A DNA stretch of 51,561 nucleotides from an uncultured Mycoplasmatota bacterium. Its GTDB lineage: Bacteria; Bacillota_I; Bacilli_A; RF39; UBA660. Each line of letters begins with the position of its first letter. Positions within the stretch are counted from its first letter, which is position 1. Positions 43,497 to 51,162 of the stretch are shown piece by piece. The position numbers and the translations under genes were made by a program. The stretch covers positions 1-51,561 of the forward strand of contig CANSDD010000001.1 of NCBI GenBank assembly GCA_947645535.1. The letters run 5' to 3'. The notes under the pieces are model-generated. The model searched no databases. It saw only the letters and a list, made by a program, of their open reading frames with translations, and had not been told where the DNA came from.

Positions 43497-43862
43497 TTGG
43501 AATTAGCTGGAATAACAGAAGAAAATTTAAGAGCTAATGGTTTATTAAAAGAAATGGAAACTAGAATGGCTCGTGCAGAGATTATGATAAATTTTCCATC
43601 TGTCCCACCACTTATGTGGAATGAGTCAAAGATAACACTAAATTTTCCTTTTTGTCAAGATTCAGTAGGAAACTTTAGAATACCTACAATCTTTAAAAAT
43701 GGCATTATTTTAGTAAAAGGAGAGATGAAACGTTTTGGTCATCATGCTGAAAATATTTTAGTAGAAATGAAAATCCCAGAACAATTATTAAATTTTCTGT
43801 CAAGTAATTTACCAGATGTAAGGCAAATCGAAAATGAAGAGACAAAGTCAAAAGCAATGTAA
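43497..43862 (+). CDS. Hypothetical ORF lacking its own RBS; its frame is open back to 43389 across the A10 tract
   Basis: The TTG start has no SD. The upstream in-frame sequence is coding-like (..HTPISDHYLEICPNDVVFANYIRC..). It is probably the C-terminal part of the 42070 gene. Confidence 0.4.
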   Translation: MELAGITEENLRANGLLKEMETRMARAEIMINFPSVPPLMWNESKITLNFPFCQDSVGNFRIPTIFKNGIILVKGEMKRFGHHAENILVEMKIPEQLLNFLSSNLPDVRQIENEETKSKAM

Positions 43863-43877
43863 TGTTGCTTTTTTTCT
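43851..43877 (+). terminator. Intrinsic terminator
   Basis: aaagcaa pairs with ttgcttt, followed by a T-run. Confidence 0.65.
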
Positions 43878-43919
43878 GTTTTTGATATATAATACCTCAT
43901 ACATAAGGGGGGTTATACT

Positions 43920-44294
43920 ATGAATGTAAATATCAATGGCAAAACTAAAAATGAAATTATTTATAATAAGTTAATTGATAGTATGAATGAAATGAAAATG
44001 TCAAAAGATGAACAAATCGAATATTTAAAATTAAAAGTATCAAATTTAGAAGTTGAAACTAGAAATAAATTTCTACTTTTAACTCTTTTAACAATTGGTA
44101 CTATTGCTTTATTAGTAGGATTATATTTAATGTATGTAAGGCTTTATATTTTGGGGTTGATATTTGTTTTCGGAACCTTCATTGCATTATCCATAAAACT
44201 AATTATGACTGCTAAACGTAGTGCTGTAATACGTAATAGTAAATATGATGAAATAGAAAGAATAAAATCTTTATTAAATATAAAATTAAAGTAG
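43920..44294 (+). CDS. Hypothetical membrane protein (coiled-coil N-terminus, 2 TM)
   Basis: AAGGGGGG RBS. Hydrophobic LLLTLLTIGTIALLVGLYLMYV and LGLIFVFGTFIALSIKLIM segments. Confidence 0.6.
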   Translation: MNVNINGKTKNEIIYNKLIDSMNEMKMSKDEQIEYLKLKVSNLEVETRNKFLLLTLLTIGTIALLVGLYLMYVRLYILGLIFVFGTFIALSIKLIMTAKRSAVIRNSKYDEIERIKSLLNIKLK

Positions 44295-44312
44295 GAATCT
44301 TCCTATTTTTTT
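44292..44312 (+). terminator. Short hairpin plus T7
   Basis: tagga pairs with tccta, followed by ttttttt. Confidence 0.5.
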
Positions 44313-44348
44313 CTATTTATGATAAAATGTTATTTAGGTGATTTAAGA

Positions 44349-44771
44349 ATGGAACAATTAACAAGAAGCGAACTTCGCGTTAAAATTATGACAATTTTGT
44401 ATCAGATTAACGTATACCAAAAAAATAAAATACCATATCAAGTTGATGATATTATAAAAGAAGTTGCAACAATAGATAATGAATTTATAAAAGAAGTTGT
44501 TTATGGAGTACTTACATATCAAAAAGACATTGATAATATAGCCAATCGGTATTTAAAAGATTGGACAATTGATCGTTTAGGAAATACAGATCAAGCAATA
44601 CTTAGAATCGGTATTTATGAATTATTATATACACCAACTCCAGAAGTCGTTGCCATCAATGAAGCAGTAGAACTTGCAAAATCTTATAGTGATAATGAGG
44701 TACGTAAAATGATTAATGGAGTATTAGATAAAGTGTATCATGAAAAGGAGATTTTGAATGAACCAAGATAA
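44349..44771 (+). CDS. nusB: Transcription antitermination factor NusB
   Basis: AGGTGA RBS before ATG 44349. RSELRVKIMTILYQ, ILRIGIYELLY and INEAVELAK. Confidence 0.9.
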   Translation: MEQLTRSELRVKIMTILYQINVYQKNKIPYQVDDIIKEVATIDNEFIKEVVYGVLTYQKDIDNIANRYLKDWTIDRLGNTDQAILRIGIYELLYTPTPEVVAINEAVELAKSYSDNEVRKMINGVLDKVYHEKEILNEPR

Positions 44772-46026
44772 GTATTTAACAGTAAGTGCTGTTACCAAAT
44801 ACTTAAAATTTAAATTTGATACAGATGAACATTTAAGAACTGTTTTTTTAAAAGGAGAAATATCAAATTTTAAAGCCCATACAACTGGTCATTTTTATTT
44901 TTCATTAAAAGACGAAGGAAGTAAAATCAATGCTATTATGTTTAGTACTAATGCTAAAAAAATAAATTTTTCACCATCAGAAGGTATGAAAGTTTTAGTA
45001 GTTGGTAGAATAAGTGTGTATGAAGCAACTGGTGGATATCAAATATATGTAGAAAAAATGGAGCAAGATGGTTTAGGAAATTTATATATTGCATTTGAAA
45101 AATTAAAACAAGATTTAGCCAAAGAAGGATTATTTGATGCGGCACATAAAAAAACTATTCCTAAAATTCCAATGAGAATTGGTATTGTAACAGCACCTAC
45201 AGGAGCAGCAATCAAAGATATATTATCCACAATAAAAAGACGATTTCCAATATGTGAAACAATTCTTTTTCCAGCACTTGTACAAGGAGAAAATGCAGCT
45301 AGTGATATCGCAAATAAGATAGATATGGCAGCAAATTATGAAATTGATACTTTAATTGTTGGAAGAGGCGGAGGTTCTATAGAAGATTTATGGCCCTTTA
45401 ACGAAGAAATTGTTGCACGTGCCATTTATCATTCTAAAGTTCCTGTGATTAGTGCTGTTGGACATGAAATAGATTATACAATTAGTGATTTTGTATCTGA
45501 TTTAAGGGCACCTACACCAACAGGAGCAGCTGAAATAGCTGTTCCTAATATGATTGACTTAGTAAAGCATATAGAACAATTAAAAATTAGATTAAAAGAA
45601 AGTATTTTAAAAAAGGTCAATTATAATAAATTATATTTAGATAGTTTGAAAAATTCTTATGTAATAAAGACTCCAATGATTATGTATGAAAATAAAAAGC
45701 AAAAATTAGATTTAATCGAAACAAAAATAAATACTTTAATCATACATAAATTGGAAACTTCCAAGCAATTATTTGAACATCTTAAAAAAAACCATATTTT
45801 AAAAAATCCACAAGAGATTTTTGAACCAAAAGCAATTATATTAAAACAAATAATTGAAAAATTAGAATTATTAAATCCGCTTGGAATATTAAAACGTGGA
45901 TATACACTTACTTATCAAAATAATCATATAATCAAAAGTATTTCTGATATAAAAGAAGACAGTATAGAAATAAGACTGTACGATGGAACAGTCAAAGCAA
46001 AAGTTGTAGAAAAGGAGAAAAAATAA
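44758..46026 (+). CDS. xseA: Exodeoxyribonuclease VII large subunit
   Basis: The N-terminal OB fold (VFLKGEISNFKAHTTGHFYFSLKD), IGIVTAPTGAAIKDI and GRGGGSIEDLWPFNEE. Confidence 0.95.
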   Translation: MNQDKYLTVSAVTKYLKFKFDTDEHLRTVFLKGEISNFKAHTTGHFYFSLKDEGSKINAIMFSTNAKKINFSPSEGMKVLVVGRISVYEATGGYQIYVEKMEQDGLGNLYIAFEKLKQDLAKEGLFDAAHKKTIPKIPMRIGIVTAPTGAAIKDILSTIKRRFPICETILFPALVQGENAASDIANKIDMAANYEIDTLIVGRGGGSIEDLWPFNEEIVARAIYHSKVPVISAVGHEIDYTISDFVSDLRAPTPTGAAEIAVPNMIDLVKHIEQLKIRLKESILKKVNYNKLYLDSLKNSYVIKTPMIMYENKKQKLDLIETKINTLIIHKLETSKQLFEHLKKNHILKNPQEIFEPKAIILKQIIEKLELLNPLGILKRGYTLTYQNNHIIKSISDIKEDSIEIRLYDGTVKAKVVEKEKK

Positions 46027-46027
46027 A

Positions 46028-46252
46028 ATGGCCGAAAAAGAACAAAAATTTGAAGATAAAATAAAAGAATTAGAAACAATTATCAATGAATTAGAAAATG
46101 GAACTTCGGATTTAGAAGATTCTATTAACAAATATACAAAAGCAATGAAGTTAGTAAATGAATGTGATGAAAAATTAAAATCAATAGAAGAACAAGTAAA
46201 TAAAATCATTTTAGAAAATGGAGAAATAACTGATTTTGAAATAGAAGAATGA
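46028..46252 (+). CDS. xseB: Exodeoxyribonuclease VII small subunit
   Basis: 74 aa. FEDKIKELETIINELENGTSDLEDSINKYTKAMKL is typical of XseB. It lies 1 nt after xseA. Confidence 0.9.
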   Translation: MAEKEQKFEDKIKELETIINELENGTSDLEDSINKYTKAMKLVNECDEKLKSIEEQVNKIILENGEITDFEIEE

Positions 46253-46262
46253 TATTTTACTA

Positions 46263-46287
46263 AAAATACCAAAATGGTATTTTTTTG
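46263..46287 (+). terminator. Intrinsic terminator
   Basis: aatacc pairs with ggtatt, followed by T7. Confidence 0.6.
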
Positions 46288-46290
46288 TAT

Positions 46291-46319
46291 CTATAATTTT
46301 ATTTCTTTTTTCCATAATA
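46291..46319 (+). promoter_or_regulatory. Possible forespore (sigma-G/F-like) promoter of spoIVB
   Basis: CATAATA (46313-46319) fits the sigma-G -10 element CATxxTA. The -35 match cTATA, 17 nt upstream, is weaker. Confidence 0.25.
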
Positions 46320-46355
46320 CTAATGTAGTCTGTAAAAGTAAAGGAGAGATTAAAA

Positions 46356-47354
46356 ATGTTTTTTAAAAAATTTAAAAAATCATTCCTGTTACTTCTTCTT
46401 TCATTATATATCATACCAATAAATGTATTTGCTTATTCAGATTATTTAATTGCTGGTGGGGAGAATATTGGAATTGAGATCAATTCTAAAGGTGTGATGA
46501 TTGTTGGTGTATACAAAGTAGAAAATACATATCCAGCAAATGAAGCAGGATTAAAAGTAGGAGATATTATTGTATCTATTAATGATAAAAATATATCAAG
46601 TATTGACGATATGGTTACAGAAATAAATGAACATAAAACAGAAGGAACTATTAAGATTGGCTATAAAAGAGATGACCTTCTAAAAAATACCAATTTAAAA
46701 TTGTATAAAGATGAAGCAGGCGTTTATAAGACAGGATTATATGTAAAAGATAGTATTAGTGGAATAGGAACACTCACATTTATTGACCCAGAAAGCAAAA
46801 TATTTGGAGCTTTAGGTCACGAAATTACTGAAAAATCAACAGGCAAAATTTTAGAAATTAAAGATGGAAAAATATATGAGTCCAATGTAACTAGTATTGA
46901 TTCTAGTAAAAATGGTGTCCCAGGAGAAAAAAACGCTGAATTTAATTATGAAAAAGTAAATGGTACAATTGTGGAAAATACTGCACAAGGAATATTTGGT
47001 AATTATACTGGAGATATAGATGGTAGAGAAAAATATCAAGTCGCAAATCCTAACGAAATTCAAAAAGGAAGTGCGAAAATATTAACTGTATTAGAAGGAA
47101 AGACAATAAAAGAGTATAATATAGAAATTACAAAAATTGATAACAATTTAAAGCAAAAAACAAAAAATTTAGTATTTGAAATTACTGATCAAGAACTTTT
47201 AAATAAAAGTGGAGGAATTGTTCAAGGAATGAGTGGATCTCCAATTATTCAAAATGATAAAATTATAGGAGCTGTAACACATGTAGTTGTTGATAATCCG
47301 AAAAAAGGTTATGGTATTTTTATTACAAATATGTTAGAAGAAGCAGAAGATTAA
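46356..47354 (+). CDS. spoIVB: SpoIVB peptidase (S55)
   Basis: AAGGAG RBS, signal/TM, PDZ (GLKVGDIIVSINDKNI), GTLTFIDPESKIFGALGH and the catalytic GMSGSPII. Confidence 0.9.
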   Translation: MFFKKFKKSFLLLLLSLYIIPINVFAYSDYLIAGGENIGIEINSKGVMIVGVYKVENTYPANEAGLKVGDIIVSINDKNISSIDDMVTEINEHKTEGTIKIGYKRDDLLKNTNLKLYKDEAGVYKTGLYVKDSISGIGTLTFIDPESKIFGALGHEITEKSTGKILEIKDGKIYESNVTSIDSSKNGVPGEKNAEFNYEKVNGTIVENTAQGIFGNYTGDIDGREKYQVANPNEIQKGSAKILTVLEGKTIKEYNIEITKIDNNLKQKTKNLVFEITDQELLNKSGGIVQGMSGSPIIQNDKIIGAVTHVVVDNPKKGYGIFITNMLEEAED

Positions 47355-47427
47355 GAAGTAATTGCTTCTTTTTCTTGTATAAAAAGTAATATTATATTAT
47401 AATAAAATTAAGTATAAGGAAGGGATT

Positions 47428-47832
47428 ATGATGTTAAAAGAATTTAAGGAATTTATTTCAAGAGGAAATGTACTTGACATGGCAGTAGGTGTTATTATTG
47501 GAGGGGCATTTAGTAAAATTGTTACATCTGTTGTAAATGATTTATTGATGCCAATTATTGGAATGATACTTGGAGGTTTAGATTTTACTAGTTTATCTTT
47601 AAAAATAGGAGATGCTGTTATTGGTTATGGAGCCTTTATTCAAAATGTAGTTGATTTCTTAATCGTAGCAGCTTGTATTTTTATTCTACTGAAAATCATC
47701 AATAAAATTACACATAAAGAAAATAAGAAAGAAGAGAAAAAGGTAGAAGAGAAATCTAAAAAAGCAGATGATGTTGTATTATTAGAAGAAATAAGGGATT
47801 TATTAAAAGAAAATAAAAAAGCAGCCAAATAA
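47428..47832 (+). CDS. mscL: Large-conductance mechanosensitive channel
   Basis: [27 protein letters not shown] is canonical for MscL. Confidence 0.95.
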   Translation: MMLKEFKEFISRGNVLDMAVGVIIGGAFSKIVTSVVNDLLMPIIGMILGGLDFTSLSLKIGDAVIGYGAFIQNVVDFLIVAACIFILLKIINKITHKENKKEEKKVEEKSKKADDVVLLEEIRDLLKENKKAAK

Positions 47833-47863
47833 TGATTTGACTCCTGTTTAGGACATATCAATA

Positions 47864-47890
47864 AAAGAGAAAAGTTATTTTTCTCTTTTT
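47864..47890. terminator. Bidirectional terminator
   Basis: aaagagaaaa pairs with ttttctcttt. Confidence 0.65.
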
Positions 47891-47941
47891 AAGTAATTTT
47901 CTCTTTTTTTAACTTTTGATTTTAATCTTGTTGTGTTATTT

Positions 47942-48058
47942 TTATATAAATATTAATGAAGAAATATACATAGCAACAGTTGCTAATAATAAAATGATTA
48001 CACCAATTTTTTTGAAATTTATATTCATTGTTTTTTTAGATTTATTATTTTTGCTCAC
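47942..48058 (-). CDS. Unlisted 38-aa single-TM protein
   Basis: GAGGTGA (complement of 48064-48070) lies 5 nt before GTG 48058. The product is VSKNNKSKKTMNINFKKIGVIILLLATVAMYISSLIFI, and it ends before the shared terminator. Confidence 0.45.
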   Translation of the reverse strand: MSKNNKSKKTMNINFKKIGVIILLLATVAMYISSLIFI

Positions 48059-48104
48059 AAAAATCACCTCATATAGCTATTATAATATAATTTTTTATTT
48101 TTTG

Positions 48105-48132
48105 GAATAACTTTTTTTCTATTTCATATAAT
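48105..48132 (+). promoter_or_regulatory. Possible sigma-E-type promoter of spoIIM
   Basis: GAATAAC, 13 nt, then CATATAAT. This compares with the sigma-E consensus as I recall it (-35 kmATAww, about 14 nt, -10 CATACAhT). Confidence 0.3.
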
Positions 48133-48149
48133 TTAGCGAGGTGAAATAT

Positions 48150-48779
48150 ATGAAACAAAAAATGGACAAGTTAAAAAGTAAAATTAAAACAAATAAAAAG
48201 TTCACTATCTTTCTTTTAGTATTAGTATTAATTGGTGTGATTACAGGAGCATTTTTTATAACAATTTTATCAAGTTCAGATAAAACACTGGTAAAAGAGT
48301 ATCTAAATAATTATATTAATGTAATAAAAGTTGAAAAAATAGATTATATATCTCTTTTGATAAATAATGCTTTAAATAGTACATTATTAGCACTTACAAT
48401 ATGGCTTCTTGGAATATCAATTATAGGAATTCCTATTATGCTATTTTTATTTTTCTGTAAGGCTTTTACCTTAGGATTTTCCATTGGAACTTTATTTTTT
48501 ACCTATAATTGGAAAGGTATTATTATGGCTTTAGTATATGTATTTCCTCATCAAATAATTGCTATACTTTCCTATACTATTTTAATGATTTATGCTCTTT
48601 CTGTTTCTTTAAAAATGATTGAAGCAACTTTTAAAAAAAAGACAATAGATTTTAAAACAATTATGGGCAAGTATTCTGTTGTCTTAGGAATTGTTTTAGT
48701 ATTATTACTATTGTGTACATTATATGAAACACTTGCTATGCCTAATATTATGAAAATGATTACTCAGATAATAAAATAG
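48150..48779 (+). CDS. spoIIM: Stage II sporulation protein M
   Basis: GAGGTGA RBS before ATG 48150. About 5 TM helices with the typical SpoIIM layout (FFITILSSSDK.., GISIIGIPIMLFLFFCKAFTLGFSIG). Confidence 0.8.
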   Translation: MKQKMDKLKSKIKTNKKFTIFLLVLVLIGVITGAFFITILSSSDKTLVKEYLNNYINVIKVEKIDYISLLINNALNSTLLALTIWLLGISIIGIPIMLFLFFCKAFTLGFSIGTLFFTYNWKGIIMALVYVFPHQIIAILSYTILMIYALSVSLKMIEATFKKKTIDFKTIMGKYSVVLGIVLVLLLLCTLYETLAMPNIMKMITQIIK

Positions 48780-48853
48780 ATAAATTTCTTTTATTGTACA
48801 TATGATTTGATAATGGTATAATGATAAACAAAAATTTATAAGAAGAGATTTAA

Positions 48854-49102
48854 ATGGAATTAACAAATATTGTCTTTGATATTGATTTAATAGCTATGCA
48901 AGAATGTATTAGACAACACAGTAATCAACCATTTTGGAAAAAATACGAATGGCGAGCTAATAAAGATTTAAGAGCACCACAAAATATTGAAAAATTAAGA
49001 GAAGTTTTAAAACGGATAAAACATTCTGAATTGTTGAAAATATATATAATAAAATGGCTAAATATAATATGTATTCTATTATTATGTATTTTTTGCATTT
49101 AA
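48854..49102 (+). CDS. Hypothetical 82-aa protein with a hydrophobic tail
   Basis: Weak RBS. The 3' end overlaps the mnmA promoter (TGaTATAAT). No motif recognised. Confidence 0.35.
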   Translation: MELTNIVFDIDLIAMQECIRQHSNQPFWKKYEWRANKDLRAPQNIEKLREVLKRIKHSELLKIYIIKWLNIICILLLCIFCI

Positions 49103-49127
49103 TGATATAATGTTAATGGTGAGTTTT

Positions 49128-50234
49128 ATGAAAAAAGTTGTAATTGGAATGAGTGGTGGAGTTGATAGTAGTGTAGCTGCTATATTACTTAAAAATCAAG
49201 GATATGAAGTAATTGGTTTATTTATGAGAAATTGGGATGCTTCTTTAAATAATGATTTTTTAGGGAATCCTACATTAAATCAGAATATTTGTCCGCAAGA
49301 GCAAGATTATAATGATGCATTAAAAGTTTGTAAGCAGATTGGAATTCCTCTTCATAGAATTGATTTTGTAAAAGAATATTGGGATTATGTTTTTACTTAT
49401 TTTTTAGAAGAACTAAAATTAGGAAGAACACCAAATCCAGATATTATGTGTAATAAATATATAAAATTTGATATGTTTGTAAAAGAAGCAAAAAAATTAG
49501 AGGCTGATTATATAGCTACTGGTCATTATGCCAGAATTGAAAATGGTAAATTATTAAAGGCAGTTGATCATAATAAGGATCAAACTTATTTTTTATCTCA
49601 ATTATCTAAAAAACAATTATCTCATGTTTTATTTCCAATTGGAAATTTAGATAAACCTGAAGTAAGAAAACTTGCTAGTGAATATAATCTTGTTACAGCC
49701 AAAAAAAAAGACTCTACTGGAATATGCTTTATTGGAGAACGAAATTTTACTAAGTTTTTAGAGAACTATTTACCAAATATTCCAGGTAAAATTATAAATA
49801 TAGAAACAAATGAAGTAATAGGAAATCACATTGGACTAATGTATTATACAATTGGACAAAGAAAAGGATTAAATCTAGGGGGGAATGATGAGCGAACTTT
49901 TGTAGTAGGAAAAAATTTGAATAGAAATATATTATATGTAGCACATGGAGATGATAATGAATATTTATATAGTGATAGTGCTATTATCGATACAATCAAC
50001 TGGATAGGAGATACAAAGCCAAATAAATGTTGTGCTAAATTCAGATATAGGCAACAAGATAATCCAGTCAATATGGAATATATAGATGATAATCATATTC
50101 TAGTAACATATTCACAAGGTATTAAAGCAGTAACACCAGGTCAAGCATGTGTATTTTATAAAGACGACGAATGCTTAGGTGGTGGACTTATTAAAGAAGT
50201 TAGGAAAAACGGAGAAAAATTATGGTATTTATAA
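49128..50234 (+). CDS. mnmA: tRNA 2-thiouridine(34) synthase
   Basis: GGTGAG RBS before ATG 49128. PP-loop GMSGGVDSSV, ATGHYAR, DQTYFL and GICFIGE. Confidence 0.95.
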   Translation: MKKVVIGMSGGVDSSVAAILLKNQGYEVIGLFMRNWDASLNNDFLGNPTLNQNICPQEQDYNDALKVCKQIGIPLHRIDFVKEYWDYVFTYFLEELKLGRTPNPDIMCNKYIKFDMFVKEAKKLEADYIATGHYARIENGKLLKAVDHNKDQTYFLSQLSKKQLSHVLFPIGNLDKPEVRKLASEYNLVTAKKKDSTGICFIGERNFTKFLENYLPNIPGKIINIETNEVIGNHIGLMYYTIGQRKGLNLGGNDERTFVVGKNLNRNILYVAHGDDNEYLYSDSAIIDTINWIGDTKPNKCCAKFRYRQQDNPVNMEYIDDNHILVTYSQGIKAVTPGQACVFYKDDECLGGGLIKEVRKNGEKLWYL

Positions 50235-50238
50235 TAGG

Positions 50239-50274
50239 GTAGAGGAGAGTGATTGTCACTTTCTCTACTTTTTT
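50239..50274 (+). terminator. Intrinsic terminator
   Basis: gtagaggagagtga pairs imperfectly with tcactttctctac, followed by T6. Confidence 0.65.
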
Positions 50275-50349
50275 AAATTTTATGGACTTTTTGTTTACAC
50301 TTGACATTTGACAAGAAAGTGATAAAATGATAATAGGAGGGTTGATGAT

Positions 50350-51135
50350 ATGGACAGATTAAATGAAATATTACATGAATTAGGAATATCAAAAGTCAAA
50401 TTATCAAAATTTTTAGGAGTATCTAGGCAAATGGTTTATAATTACTTAGAATTAGATGATATAAACAAATTACCAAAGGATAAAAAAGTTCTATTATTAA
50501 ATTTATTAGGCATTAAATCTGCAGAAGAATTAGATGATATTAAAGTAGATACAGATTATATTATGGACGTAGAAGCACGTATCAATAATTTGTTTGAAAC
50601 TTCACAGAAAAGTTCTTCTATTGAATCTAACAATTCTATCTATAGTGGATTAAATAAAAGGCAAAAAGAAGTTATGATGAATGTAGTAGATATTATGAAA
50701 GAACGCCTAGAAGACGATAAAGATGATGATGCTTATTATACATTCAAGTATTTATATCATTTTTTACAGTCTTTAGATAGTTCTAGAGAATTAAAATATA
50801 TCTTAGCATATGTAGCAAAAGCAACTGGATCTATTAAGCCATTAGAATTTGTTTTTAATGAAGATGAACAATTTATTTTCGAAAGTATCTTATTCTCTGC
50901 ATTTACATTATATCATGGTGGTGGGGCTTCTAAGACTAAGATAGCTGAATGTCATAAACGATTTATTGATCAAATTGAACATAAAATTGAAGAAAAAATG
51001 AGTCGTACATTAGAATTAAACACTATTAAAGTTCAAGCTTTAAAAGAACTTGGATATACTGAAATAAATGAAAAAAATGCTGCAGAAATATTTGAAAAAA
51101 TCGCTGAAATACAATCTAGAAAAGTAAGTGAATAA
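50350..51135 (+). CDS. XRE-type HTH protein with an uncharacterised C-terminal domain
   Basis: AGGAGGG RBS and a TTGACA..TGaTAAAAT promoter. The HTH is ISKVKLSKFLGVSRQMVYNYL. Confidence 0.65.
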   Translation: MDRLNEILHELGISKVKLSKFLGVSRQMVYNYLELDDINKLPKDKKVLLLNLLGIKSAEELDDIKVDTDYIMDVEARINNLFETSQKSSSIESNNSIYSGLNKRQKEVMMNVVDIMKERLEDDKDDDAYYTFKYLYHFLQSLDSSRELKYILAYVAKATGSIKPLEFVFNEDEQFIFESILFSAFTLYHGGGASKTKIAECHKRFIDQIEHKIEEKMSRTLELNTIKVQALKELGYTEINEKNAAEIFEKIAEIQSRKVSE

Positions 51136-51138
51136 AAG

Positions 51139-51162
51139 TACTATATTATATAGTATTTTTTT
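51139..51162 (+). terminator. Intrinsic terminator
   Basis: tactata pairs with tatagta, followed by T7. Confidence 0.6.

Noticed and set aside
16635-47861. The remaining short antisense track ORFs. Examples are 16635-16859, 17795-17980, 18178-18462, 19846-20076, 20394-20624, 21021-21215, 22598-22900, 23041-23241, 23791-24012, 27131-27316, 28904-29149, 29281-29466, 34005-34211, 38296-38643, 40812-41015, 42315-42557, 44954-45230, 45889-46414, 46851-47063 and 47640-47861. ORF 49844-50071 is in the same category.
   Set aside because: Each is nested in, or largely overlaps, a longer ORF that has motifs, an RBS and operon logic. ORF 34005-34211 is an alternative frame of the acidic pilB tail. None has its own translation signals.
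47916-48110. Track ORF of 64 aa on the plus strand between mscL and spoIIM.
   Set aside because: It has a TTG start without an RBS and begins inside the mscL terminator tail. Its composition is I/L/F/Y-rich. The minus strand offers a better-supported small ORF with GAGGTGA and a terminator.
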